Of a stretch of 10,905 nucleotides of DNA, positions 1 to 8,363 are shown piece by piece; position 1 is the first letter of the stretch; each line of letters begins with the position of its first letter. This DNA is from Candidatus Fraserbacteria bacterium (GTDB taxonomy: Bacteria > Bipolaricaulota > Bipolaricaulia > RBG-16-55-9), in contig JBBIOR010000016.1 in NCBI GenBank assembly GCA_037443265.1, positions 5,702 to 16,606 on the forward strand, written 5' to 3'. Under the pieces are notes generated by a model. The model made no database searches. It was not told the DNA's origin and saw only the letters and a program-made list of their open reading frames with translations. The position numbers and the translations under genes were made by a program.

Positions 1-90
1 GCCGACGGAGAACGGACTTTTAAGTTAATCGAAGGCCAACCATGGCAAACCAGTTATGGCGTAGACGTGTATAACAAGATATTCAGTTAG
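1..90 (+). CDS. Probable 3' end of an upstream gene (partial), product unknown
   Basis: Frame +1 is open from the window edge (ADGERTFKLIEGQPWQTSYGVDVYNKIFS*) and stops at TAG 88-90, 10 nt before the usp RBS, as in an operon. The other two + frames stop by position 28. Family not recognised. Confidence 0.45.
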   Translation, partial: ADGERTFKLIEGQPWQTSYGVDVYNKIFS

Positions 91-114
91 AAGCAGCAGA
101 AAGGAGGTAGCCAG

Positions 115-537
115 ATGTTCCAGCGGATCTTGGTGGCGAACGACGGCTCGGACTGCGCGTTCAAGGCATTGCAAGTAGCTGTGGATCTAGCGCAAAAATA
201 TGGAGCGGAGTTGCATCAACTCTCTGTGGAGGAGCACTTGCCCCACTATGCGGCGACTCTGGGGGAAGTGATCGAGAGGCAACGCGAAGAGGAGAGCTAT
301 TTTGAACGGGTGACAGAGCGATCAAAACAGATGGCGGCCGAAGCGGGTCTTAAGCTCATCTGCTACATTCTGCCGGGCCACGAGGTCGAGACCATCGTGC
401 GTTTTGCGAAAGAGCAGGAATTCGATCTGCTGGTGATCGGGCATAAGGGGCACTCGAGGATCTGGCAATTTCACATGGGTTCAACGGCTGCGAAGATCGC
501 AGATCACGCTCGCACGAGTGTCTTGATCGTACAGTAA
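115..537 (+). CDS. Universal stress protein (single UspA domain)
   Basis: 140 aa. N-terminal RILVANDGSDCAFKAL and C-terminal DLLVIGHKG...MGSTAAKIADHARTSVLIV are typical Usp motifs. Strong RBS AAGGAGG at 101-107. Confidence 0.95.
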   Translation: MFQRILVANDGSDCAFKALQVAVDLAQKYGAELHQLSVEEHLPHYAATLGEVIERQREEESYFERVTERSKQMAAEAGLKLICYILPGHEVETIVRFAKEQEFDLLVIGHKGHSRIWQFHMGSTAAKIADHARTSVLIVQ

Positions 538-570
538 CCCTATGAAGAGACGGAGGGCATCCCGAAGCCT

Positions 571-811
571 ATGGCCCTTAAGTTCGTCATCCTGCCAGGA
601 TATTTGACGGACCGAACGAAACAATATTGGCGGATCACGATCTTGGGATACGCCACGCTGGCTGTGCCGCTCTTGGCCTTAGTCGGTGCGTGGGAGATCG
701 CGGCCCTTCTGATCGTCGCCGAACGCCGGCTCGGGACACGATGCTCTCCCATGCCACCTGGTGGCTCTCATTCTGGGACGCCTGTTTGACCGGATCGGCC
801 TGTTGACGCTG
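571..811 (+). pseudogene. Heavily deleted MFS transporter remnant (four collinear fragments in three frames)
   Basis: Fragments: ALKFVIL (574-594); GYLTDRTKQYWRITILGYATLAVPLLALVGAWEIAALLIVAER (598-726, contains MFS motif A-like GxLTDR); TPARDTMLSHAT (723-758, second frame); LVALILGRLFDRIGLLTL (758-811, third frame, GRLFDRIG loop motif of the C-terminal half). The order matches a roughly 400-aa MFS family as I recall it. Confidence 0.8.
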
Positions 812-858
812 GGGCCAGGCCCCTCGCCTGCTGCTCCCGTCGCGATTTCACTAAAGAG

Positions 859-2706
859 TTACTCTTCAAGCGCGAGTTGTTCTTCCGTTTGCGTGAACTG
901 CTCAATAGGGCTTCGCCCGGTCTCGCCAAATTGCAGAGTGTAAAGCGCGTGATAGAGCCCCTTCCTTGCCCAGAGTTCTTCATGGGTGCCCTGCTCAACT
1001 ATGCGCCCTCGATGGAGCACGATGATCTTGTCAGAGCTGCGAATCGTCGAGAGGCGATGGGCAATCACGATGGACGTGTGGCCTTCGAGGATCTTGGTGA
1101 TCGAGCGCTGAATGAGGCTTTCAGTCTGGGAGTCAATATTGGCCGTGGCCTCATCGAGAATTAAGATCTTGGGCTTAAAAGCCACAGCGCGCGCGAAGGA
1201 GAGAAGCTGCCTCTGGCCCACAGAGAGCGTAGCTCCGCGCTCCACAACTTCCGTCTCATATCCGTAAGGCAGCTCTCTTATGAACTCATCGGCCTGGACA
1301 AAACGCGCAGCTTCCATGGCCCGCTCGCGAGAGATCTTCTCCGATTGCAGGCGGATGTTGCCCAGCACGTCCCCAGCAAACAAGAAGACATCTTGCAAGA
1401 CCACGGCCATTTGAGAGCGCAAGAATTGCAGATCCAGCTCGCGAATATCCACGCCATCTAACAAGATGCGCCCCTTCTGGATCTCATAGAGTCTAAGAAG
1501 CAGGCTGATGATCGTCGTCTTGCCCGAGCCCGTAGGTCCCACAATGGCCACGCGCTCGCCCGGCTCCACCACAAACGAGACACCCTTCAGGATCCAGTCG
1601 GAATCGCTCTTGGGCTGAGGCACATAGGCGAACCACACATCCCGAAACTCGATCCGGCCCGCAACATCAGGAAGCATCTTGCCCCCATAGCGCTCCTCAG
1701 GCTCGTCCAAGAGCAGAAAGATCCTCTCGGACGAGGCCATCGCTCCCTGCAGGATGTTGTATTTCTCAGAGAGATCGCTAATAGGCTGGAAGAGCATCTC
1801 AATGTAACTCAAAAAGGCCACCAGCGAGCCCAGCGTCAAGGCGCCGCCGATCACGCCGAAGCCGCCGTACCAGAGAATGAGAGCCGTGCCCACGGCGCGG
1901 GTCAAGCTGATCAGCGGCTGGAAGATCGCAAAGATCACAAGCTGCCTCATGTTGGCATCGTACTCCTCGCGATTGATCGCAGAGAAATTCTTTAAACTTC
2001 CGTGTTCTCGCACGAAGAGTTGAATGATTCGCATGCCGGAGATGCTCTCGGCCAAGTAGGCATTGAGCTTAGCCAGTTTCCTTCGCACTTCACGATAGGC
2101 ATCGCGCGCTCTCTTGCGGAACTCGAACGTGATCCAACCTAGAAGAGGAGTGAGCAATAGAATCAAGCTGGCCAGCCGCCAGTGGAGCTGGAATAGGATC
2201 ACGAAAATTCCCACAATCAGAAAGGTGTCTTTGAAGAGATTCACTAGCACAGCGCTGTACATCTCGTTGATGGCCGCAACGTCATTCGTCGCTCGGGTGA
2301 CCAGCCGCCCGACGGGGTTCTTGTCGAAGAAGCGCACCGGCAGTCTCATAAGATGAGAAAAGATCTGAGTGCGCATGTCGTACATGATGCGCTGGCCACT
2401 GTATTGCAGAATGTACATCTGAGCAAACGAGAAGAGCAGCCGCGCAAGCAGCATCAGCAGGAAGAGGAGCCCAAATTGCCCCATGCCCGCCATGGCCTGC
2501 TCCAAGGGCAAAGAAGAGATCATAAAGCGATCGATCACAATCTTCGTGATGTAAGGCAGCGCGAGCTCCGCGCCCGTCACCAGAAGGGATAAGACAATCG
2601 CAGCCACAAACAACCCGCGATAGGGTTGGACATAGCGCATGAGTCGTCTCATGAGCTGAGTATCATAGGCCTTGCCCAGCTTCTCTTCCTCCCAGGCGTA
2701 TTGCAT
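859..2706 (-). CDS. ABC exporter fused permease/ATPase, MdlB/BmrD/TM288-like subunit
   Basis: 615 aa, transmembrane domain plus NBD. Walker A GPTGSGKTT, Q-loop VVLQD, degenerate signature LSVGQRQ, Walker B ILILDEAT, H-loop IAHR. Its ATG overlaps the partner's stop codon (TGATG at 2704-2708). Confidence 0.95.
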   Translation of the reverse strand: MQYAWEEEKLGKAYDTQLMRRLMRYVQPYRGLFVAAIVLSLLVTGAELALPYITKIVIDRFMISSLPLEQAMAGMGQFGLLFLLMLLARLLFSFAQMYILQYSGQRIMYDMRTQIFSHLMRLPVRFFDKNPVGRLVTRATNDVAAINEMYSAVLVNLFKDTFLIVGIFVILFQLHWRLASLILLLTPLLGWITFEFRKRARDAYREVRRKLAKLNAYLAESISGMRIIQLFVREHGSLKNFSAINREEYDANMRQLVIFAIFQPLISLTRAVGTALILWYGGFGVIGGALTLGSLVAFLSYIEMLFQPISDLSEKYNILQGAMASSERIFLLLDEPEERYGGKMLPDVAGRIEFRDVWFAYVPQPKSDSDWILKGVSFVVEPGERVAIVGPTGSGKTTIISLLLRLYEIQKGRILLDGVDIRELDLQFLRSQMAVVLQDVFLFAGDVLGNIRLQSEKISRERAMEAARFVQADEFIRELPYGYETEVVERGATLSVGQRQLLSFARAVAFKPKILILDEATANIDSQTESLIQRSITKILEGHTSIVIAHRLSTIRSSDKIIVLHRGRIVEQGTHEELWARKGLYHALYTLQFGETGRSPIEQFTQTEEQLALEE

Positions 2707-4427
2707 CAGATCGTCACTTCCTGTTCGGCCTTCTGCAGCTCGTAGAGATGCGCGTAGATGCCGTCTTGCGCGAGTAGCTCATCATGGGTGCCTTGCTCCA
2801 CGATGCGGCCGCCTTCGAGCACGATGATGTGATCTAAGTCTTTCACCGCCGAGATGCGATGCGCGATCACAATGGAAGTACGCGAGCGCAAGACATCTTT
2901 CAGATTTCGGAGAATTTCCTCTTCTTTTTCGGCGTCGACCGCAGAAAGCGCATCATCTAGGATCAAGATCTTGGGATCTGTAAGGAGCGCCCGCGCGATG
3001 GCCACCCGCTGCTTCTGTCCCCCGGAAAGCGAAACCCCGCGCTCGCCCAAGAGCGTGTCAAAGCCCTGAGGCATCTCTAAAATCTCCTCGTAGAGGCCCG
3101 CCCGACGCGCCGCCTCGATGATCTCCTCCATCGAGGCCTCCGGGTTTCCAAACGCGATGTTCTCCTTGACGGTAGCTGAAAATAGAAAGCCATCTTGGGG
3201 GACCAACGCGATCTTAAGGCGTAAATCTCTCAATGAATATGCTCGCACGTCGCGCCCATCAATGAGCAGCTGACCCGGGGGCGGATCGAACACCCGCACG
3301 ATGAGGTGGACGAGCGTGCTCTTGCCCGCTCCGGTGAACCCGATGATCCCAAGCGTCTGGCCGGGCTCGACCGTCAAATTTATATTCTTTAATGCGGGCG
3401 AGTTGCCGTCGTATGAGAACGTCAAAGCTCGAAATTCAATTCGTCCAGGTCCATGGAAGGGCTTTGCATGAGGCGCATCACGGATCTCCGGCTGGACTCG
3501 GAGAATCTTCTCAATGCGCTCCATGGAGGCGCTGCCCCGCTGCATCATGTTGACCGTCCAGCCCAGGGCCATCATCGGCCAGGTCAGCAGCCCAAGATAC
3601 CCATTGAAGGCCACGAACTCCCCTAGAGTGATGGCGCCCTCGATCACGGCGCGCCCCCCGAAGTAGAGCACGATCAGGGCTGAAAGGCCGCTCATCAAGG
3701 CGATCATGGGGTCGAAGAGGCCCCAGACTCTCACAAGATGCATGTTCTTATCCACAAAGAGTTGATTGGTCCGTGCGAAGTCGCGCGCCCAGCCCTCCTC
3801 CTGGGTGTACGTCTTGATGACTCGGACTCCGGAGAGGGCTTCGCGCACTCTTTCTGTGAGTGTCGAAAAAGTCTCTTGAACGGCTTGGAAGCGCCGGTGA
3901 ATGACCCGCCCAAAGATCGCCACCAGCACAGTCAAGAGGGGCAAGGGTGCAAAGGCCAAAAGCGTGAGCCTTGGGCTGATTGAGACCATCGCCCCAACGG
4001 CGAAGGTGGCCATGATCAGAAAATCGGCGAAGGCCAGCACGCCAAATCCCAAGGCCATCCGGATCGCATCGACGTCGTTAGTGAAGTGCGCCATCAATTC
4101 ACCCGTCTTGGCGTCGTGAAAGAAGCGGGCGGATAATTTCAGAATGTGCGTGTAGAGATGATCGCGGATGTCCCGACGGATGCGATAGGATGCCCCCAAC
4201 AGAAAATAGCGCCAGAAGAAGCGGAAGATCGCCACAAAAAGGGCGACCCCCAGGATGAGCAGGGCATATAGCAGCAGATGCTCGCTCTGGCCTTGGGTGA
4301 GCCCATCGATGGCGGCCCGGAGGATCTGCGGGACGATGAGCTGGCCGCCGTCCACGAGCAACAGGGCCAGCAGTCCCAAGAGCACACGGCCCCGGTAGCG
4401 CCAGAGATAACGGAGCATACTTCCCAT
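2706..4427 (-). CDS. ABC exporter fused permease/ATPase, MdlA/BmrC/TM287-like subunit
   Basis: 573 aa. Walker A GFTGAGKST, consensus signature LSGGQKQR, degenerate Walker B ILILDDALSAVD, H-loop IAHR. RBS GGAGG at 4442-4438. Confidence 0.95.
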   Translation of the reverse strand: MGSMLRYLWRYRGRVLLGLLALLLVDGGQLIVPQILRAAIDGLTQGQSEHLLLYALLILGVALFVAIFRFFWRYFLLGASYRIRRDIRDHLYTHILKLSARFFHDAKTGELMAHFTNDVDAIRMALGFGVLAFADFLIMATFAVGAMVSISPRLTLLAFAPLPLLTVLVAIFGRVIHRRFQAVQETFSTLTERVREALSGVRVIKTYTQEEGWARDFARTNQLFVDKNMHLVRVWGLFDPMIALMSGLSALIVLYFGGRAVIEGAITLGEFVAFNGYLGLLTWPMMALGWTVNMMQRGSASMERIEKILRVQPEIRDAPHAKPFHGPGRIEFRALTFSYDGNSPALKNINLTVEPGQTLGIIGFTGAGKSTLVHLIVRVFDPPPGQLLIDGRDVRAYSLRDLRLKIALVPQDGFLFSATVKENIAFGNPEASMEEIIEAARRAGLYEEILEMPQGFDTLLGERGVSLSGGQKQRVAIARALLTDPKILILDDALSAVDAEKEEEILRNLKDVLRSRTSIVIAHRISAVKDLDHIIVLEGGRIVEQGTHDELLAQDGIYAHLYELQKAEQEVTI

Positions 4428-4483
4428 AAGATACGAACCTCCCCGGATTGGGTCCCCTCTACTGGGCGCCTGCGAAGGGTTTC

Positions 4484-4512
4484 ATTTTAGTGTGAGTGCC
4501 TCAGGCCGTCAA
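4484..4512 (-). promoter_or_regulatory. Predicted sigma70-type promoter for the ABC exporter operon
   Basis: Minus strand TTGACG (4512-4507, overlapping the alaS stop codon), 17-nt spacer, TAAAAT (4489-4484). Confidence 0.65.
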
Positions 4513-7160
4513 GGCGTCTGCCCTCTTGGGTTGAGCCTTTGTTCAATGGCACGTGCGGCACTCTCTAAAGCTTCGCTGAGTTTCTCAGGCTGATCGCCGC
4601 CGCCCTGAGCAAAACGGGGGTTGCCGCCGCCCTGGCCGCCTACGACCTTGGCGGCCTCGCGCACGATCTCGCCCGCGCGAAGCCCATTCGTGAGCGAATC
4701 ATTCACCTTGCAGACCAGCGTGACTCTCCCGCCTACTCCACTGCCCAAGAGCACGATGCCCCGCTCCAGGGAATTTTCTAATAGATCCGCCAGCTCCTTG
4801 AGCTCTTCGCTGCTCAGCTCAACTTGAGCGAAGACCAGCTCGCAGCCGCCCTTCCGCTCCTTCTTCTGGAGCAGCTCATCGCGCTTGATCTTAAGCCATT
4901 CCTTCTTGAAATTTTTCAATTCTCGCTCGAGCGCTTCCTTCTCACTGAGTAGAGCCTCCAGCTTACTAACAAGCTCCTTTTCCGAAGTCTTCAGCTTCGA
5001 GGAGAGGGCGCGCAGCTGGCTCTCTTTCGCGCTCAGATAGCGGAGCAGATTCTCTCCGGTGGCGACATAAACGCGACGGACGCCTGCCGCCACGCCTCCT
5101 TCTGCCGTGATCTTAAAAAGCCCAATCTCGCCTGTGCGCTTCACGTGGGTTCCGCCGCAGAGCTCGATGCTGAACGGCACGCCGTTCTCCTCGTCGCTTA
5201 CAATCGAGACGACGCGCACCTTCTCTTTGCCTTGATAATCTTCCCTGAAGAGAGCCATCGCGCCCTGGGCCTGGGCCTCTTCCAGCTTCTCCCATGAGAC
5301 TTGCACGGGTAGATCACCCAAGATCACTCCATTGGCGAGCCTTTCAATTTGAATGATCTCATCAGGGGTCAGCGGTGCAAAGTGTGTGAAATCAAAACGC
5401 AGTTCATCGGGAGCGACGAGCGAGCCTGCTTGAATGCCCTGCGAGTAGCCCAGCACTTTGCGCAGCGCCGCGTGCAGAATATGCGTGGCTGTGTGGTTGC
5501 GCTGGGTGCGCTTGCGGCGCTCGACGTCTACTATGAGTTGACAGCGATCGCCCAGCTCAAAGGAGCCTTCGAGCACTCGGACGCGATGGAGATAGATTCC
5601 ACGCTCATCTTTCTGGACGTCGAGCACTTCAGCCCGGCCGGAGCCCGAGAGATTCTCGATCCAGCCCGTGTCGGCGACTTGGCCTCCCCCTTCGGCGTAG
5701 AAGGGCGTCTGCTCAAACACCAAGAGATCGTTGCCACCTGCCACGAGAACCGATTCGCATTCCGTGCGTTCATACCCCACGAAGTGCGTCAAGCGGCCTG
5801 CTAGCCGCCCGCCTTCCCGGACGCGAGCCGTATCAGATGATGCGACGCGCGCGCGAGATCTCTGCTGTTGCTTCTCCATCTCGCGCTCAAAGCCCGCGCG
5901 ATCGACGGAGAAGCCGCGCTCGCGCGCGATGTCTTCAATAATTTGAACGTGAAAACCGTGGGTGTCATGCAAGAAGAACGCCTCCTCACCAGAGATGAGG
6001 CGCTCGCCTTCCTTGGCCTTGCGCGCAAGGATCTCTTCCAGCCAGTCCATGCCCTGTTGATAAGTCCGCTCGAAGCGCTCCTCTTCTTGAGAGAGCGCTT
6101 TCAATATAAAATCTTTTCGCTCTCGCAACTCTGGATAGGCCGAGCCCATCTCCTCGATCACAACTCGAGCGATCTCTTCCAAGAAGGGCTCCTTAAAGCC
6201 CAGCTTCCTGCCGAAGCGAATCGCGCGCCGGATGATCATGCGCAGCACATAGCCCTGTTTCTCATTGCTGGGCAGCACCCCATCGGCTATGAGATGGGTC
6301 ATGGCCCGCCCGTGGTCGGCAATGACGCGATAGGGCACAATCTGAGCGCGCACCTCCTCTTCGCTCTCTCCCAGAAGCTGCCGCGCCCGCTCGATGATGG
6401 GATGGAAGAGATCCGTGTCGTAGTTCGTGGGGGCTTGTTGCAGCACCGCCACCAGCCGCTCGAAGCCCATGCCCGTATCTACGCCCGGCTGGGGCAGAGG
6501 AGTGCGACGGCCATCGGGGGTCTGGTCATATTGCATGAACACGAGATTCCATAGCTCAAGCCAGCGATGGCAGTCGTTGTCCAGATGGGGCGAGCAGTCA
6601 GATCTCTTACAATCGCAGAAGGCCTCTCCCCGATCCCAGACGAGCTCCGTGTTGGGTCCGCAGGGGCCGCCCTCGCCCATCATCCAGAAATTGGTCTTCT
6701 CGCCCATGCGGTGAATGCGCTCTTGGGGTGCACCGGCGATCTCTTGCCAAAGCTGGAAAGACTCCTCGTCGTCTTTGTAGATCGTAAAATGAAAGCGCTC
6801 TCTTTCTAGGCCGTAGACTTCGGTGAGCAGCTCCCACGCATAGGATATCGCCTCGCGCTTGAAGTAGTCTCCAAAGGAAAAGTTGCCGAGCATTTCAAAG
6901 AACGTGTGATGTCGAGGCGAGGGGCCGACGCTTTCTAAGTCATTATGCTTGCCGCTCACCCGCAGGCATTTCTGGACCGTGGCGGCGCGCCTATAAGGGC
7001 GCTGCTCCATGCCCAAAAAGACATTCTTGAACTGGACCATGCCCGCGTTGGTAAAGAGAAGCGTAGGGTCATCGGGCACCAGCGAGGAGCTGGGCCGGAT
7101 CGTGTGCCCCTTCTTCTCAAAGAAATCCAAAAACGCCTGGCGAATCTCTGAAGCTTTCAT
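4509..7160 (-). CDS. alaS: Alanine--tRNA ligase
   Basis: 883 aa. Catalytic-domain motifs DPTLLFTNAGMVQFK, RHHTFFEMLGNFSFGDYFK, GPCGP, WNLVFMQ, DTGMGFER and TPFYAEGGGQ. Editing motifs HTATHILH and ELCGGTH are intact. C-terminal GGQGGG...FAQGGG (C-Ala/DHHA1). Confidence 0.99.
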   Translation of the reverse strand: MKASEIRQAFLDFFEKKGHTIRPSSSLVPDDPTLLFTNAGMVQFKNVFLGMEQRPYRRAATVQKCLRVSGKHNDLESVGPSPRHHTFFEMLGNFSFGDYFKREAISYAWELLTEVYGLERERFHFTIYKDDEESFQLWQEIAGAPQERIHRMGEKTNFWMMGEGGPCGPNTELVWDRGEAFCDCKRSDCSPHLDNDCHRWLELWNLVFMQYDQTPDGRRTPLPQPGVDTGMGFERLVAVLQQAPTNYDTDLFHPIIERARQLLGESEEEVRAQIVPYRVIADHGRAMTHLIADGVLPSNEKQGYVLRMIIRRAIRFGRKLGFKEPFLEEIARVVIEEMGSAYPELRERKDFILKALSQEEERFERTYQQGMDWLEEILARKAKEGERLISGEEAFFLHDTHGFHVQIIEDIARERGFSVDRAGFEREMEKQQQRSRARVASSDTARVREGGRLAGRLTHFVGYERTECESVLVAGGNDLLVFEQTPFYAEGGGQVADTGWIENLSGSGRAEVLDVQKDERGIYLHRVRVLEGSFELGDRCQLIVDVERRKRTQRNHTATHILHAALRKVLGYSQGIQAGSLVAPDELRFDFTHFAPLTPDEIIQIERLANGVILGDLPVQVSWEKLEEAQAQGAMALFREDYQGKEKVRVVSIVSDEENGVPFSIELCGGTHVKRTGEIGLFKITAEGGVAAGVRRVYVATGENLLRYLSAKESQLRALSSKLKTSEKELVSKLEALLSEKEALERELKNFKKEWLKIKRDELLQKKERKGGCELVFAQVELSSEELKELADLLENSLERGIVLLGSGVGGRVTLVCKVNDSLTNGLRAGEIVREAAKVVGGQGGGNPRFAQGGGDQPEKLSEALESAARAIEQRLNPRGQTP

Positions 7161-7175
7161 GGGACCCCTTCTAGG

Positions 7176-7204
7176 ATTCTAGGAGAGCTGGCTGAGGATT
7201 TCAA
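7176..7204 (-). promoter_or_regulatory. Predicted sigma70-type promoter for alaS
   Basis: Minus strand TTGAAA (7204-7199), 17-nt spacer, TAGAAT (7181-7176). Confidence 0.65.
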
Positions 7205-7221
7205 CTTTCTCCTCGATGGGC

Positions 7222-7250
7222 TTGCGCATCCTGTATTGAGCCCGTAGTAT
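7222..7250 (+). promoter_or_regulatory. Predicted sigma70-type promoter for the M42 peptidase
   Basis: TTGCGC (7222-7227), 17-nt spacer, TAGTAT (7245-7250). RBS GGGAGG at 7275-7280. Confidence 0.5.
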
Positions 7251-7286
7251 GGTGCGCCATTCATCTTCGCCAACGGGAGGTCTTCC

Positions 7287-8357
7287 ATGGAAGGGAAATC
7301 GCTTGAGTTTTTGAAGAGACTCATGGAGACGATCAGCCCCTCGGGCTACGAGGACGAAGCCGCGCGCGTCTGGATGGCCGAGGCGGAGACTTTTGCGGAT
7401 CGTGTCTTTTCCGATCAGCACGGCAACGCCTATGCCATAGTCCATAAGGGCGGAAGCCCCAGAGTGATGCTCGCCGGCCACATGGACGAGATCGGCCTTA
7501 TGATCACCCACATTGACGAGCAGGGCTTCCTGTATTTCTCTAGCATCGGCGGCTGGGACCCTCAGATTCTGCAAGGCCAGCGGGTGTGGATTCGCACCCA
7601 GGGTGGCCGCGTCCCTGGCGTCATCGGCAAGAAGCCGGTTCACCTGATCAAGCAGGAAGAGCGCGACAAAGTCACGAAAATCGAAGAGCTGTGGATAGAC
7701 ATCGGGGCCAAAGACAAGGCCGAAGCGCAGAAGCTCGTAAGCATCGGCGATCCTGTGGTCTTAGCCTATGGTTTTGAGCAGCTTCAGAACGGACTGGCGC
7801 TCTCGCGTGGCTTCGATGATAAGGCCGGGGCGTTTGTGGCGCTCGAAGCCGCACGCACTCTGGCCAAGCTCAAGCCTAAGGCCGAAGTCTATGCCGTGGC
7901 GACCGTGCAAGAGGAGATCGGGCTGCGCGGCGCGCGCACCAGCGCCTATGGCATCGACCCCAAAGTCGGCATCGCCGTGGACGTGGAGTTCGCCACGGAT
8001 TTCCCAACGATGGACTCAGAGAAGAAGAGGATCGGCGAAGTCAAACTGGGCGGAGGCCCGGTGATCGTACGCGGGGCCAACATCAACCACAAAGTGTTCG
8101 ATCTGCTCGTGGAGACGGCCGAAGATCGCGAGCTGCCCCATCAGATTGTCGGCATTCCGGGAGGCACTGGCACGGACGCCAATGCGATTCAACTGAGCCG
8201 AGCAGGCGTGGCCACGGGCCTCATCGGCGTTCCTAATCGCTACATGCACAGCCCCTGTGAGCTGGTGAGCCTCGAGGACTTGGAGAACTCCGCTCGACTG
8301 ATCGCGCATTTCGTCGAGAGAATCACCGATGAGATCGACTTCACGCTCGGAAGCTGA
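7287..8357 (+). CDS. M42 family metallo-aminopeptidase (TET/FrvX-like)
   Basis: 356 aa. Metal-ligand motifs AGHMDEIG, RGFDDKAG, TVQEEIGLRGA, AVDV, GTDA and RYMHSP are all present. RBS GGGAGG 6 nt before the ATG. Confidence 0.95.
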   Translation: MEGKSLEFLKRLMETISPSGYEDEAARVWMAEAETFADRVFSDQHGNAYAIVHKGGSPRVMLAGHMDEIGLMITHIDEQGFLYFSSIGGWDPQILQGQRVWIRTQGGRVPGVIGKKPVHLIKQEERDKVTKIEELWIDIGAKDKAEAQKLVSIGDPVVLAYGFEQLQNGLALSRGFDDKAGAFVALEAARTLAKLKPKAEVYAVATVQEEIGLRGARTSAYGIDPKVGIAVDVEFATDFPTMDSEKKRIGEVKLGGGPVIVRGANINHKVFDLLVETAEDRELPHQIVGIPGGTGTDANAIQLSRAGVATGLIGVPNRYMHSPCELVSLEDLENSARLIAHFVERITDEIDFTLGS

Positions 8358-8363
8358 CAGGCC

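Noticed and set aside
571..943. ORF-track entries 571-789 and 761-943 as real small proteins
   Set aside because: Both are chimeras of MFS pseudogene fragments and out-of-frame sequence. The second runs antisense into the ABC gene.
5349..6809. Long antisense ORFs inside alaS (e.g. 5868-6554, 228 aa; 5349-5804)
   Set aside because: No recognisable motifs or RBS. Such shadow frames are expected opposite GC-rich coding sequence.
7249..7260. ATGG-TGCG-CCAT hairpin as part of a fluoride-type riboswitch
   Set aside because: It lacks the remaining conserved riboswitch elements and overlaps the predicted -10 box.
7179..7643. 154-aa minus-strand ORF overlapping the M42 gene and the divergent promoters
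   Set aside because: Antisense shadow of the well-supported peptidase. It crosses both predicted promoters and has no family features.
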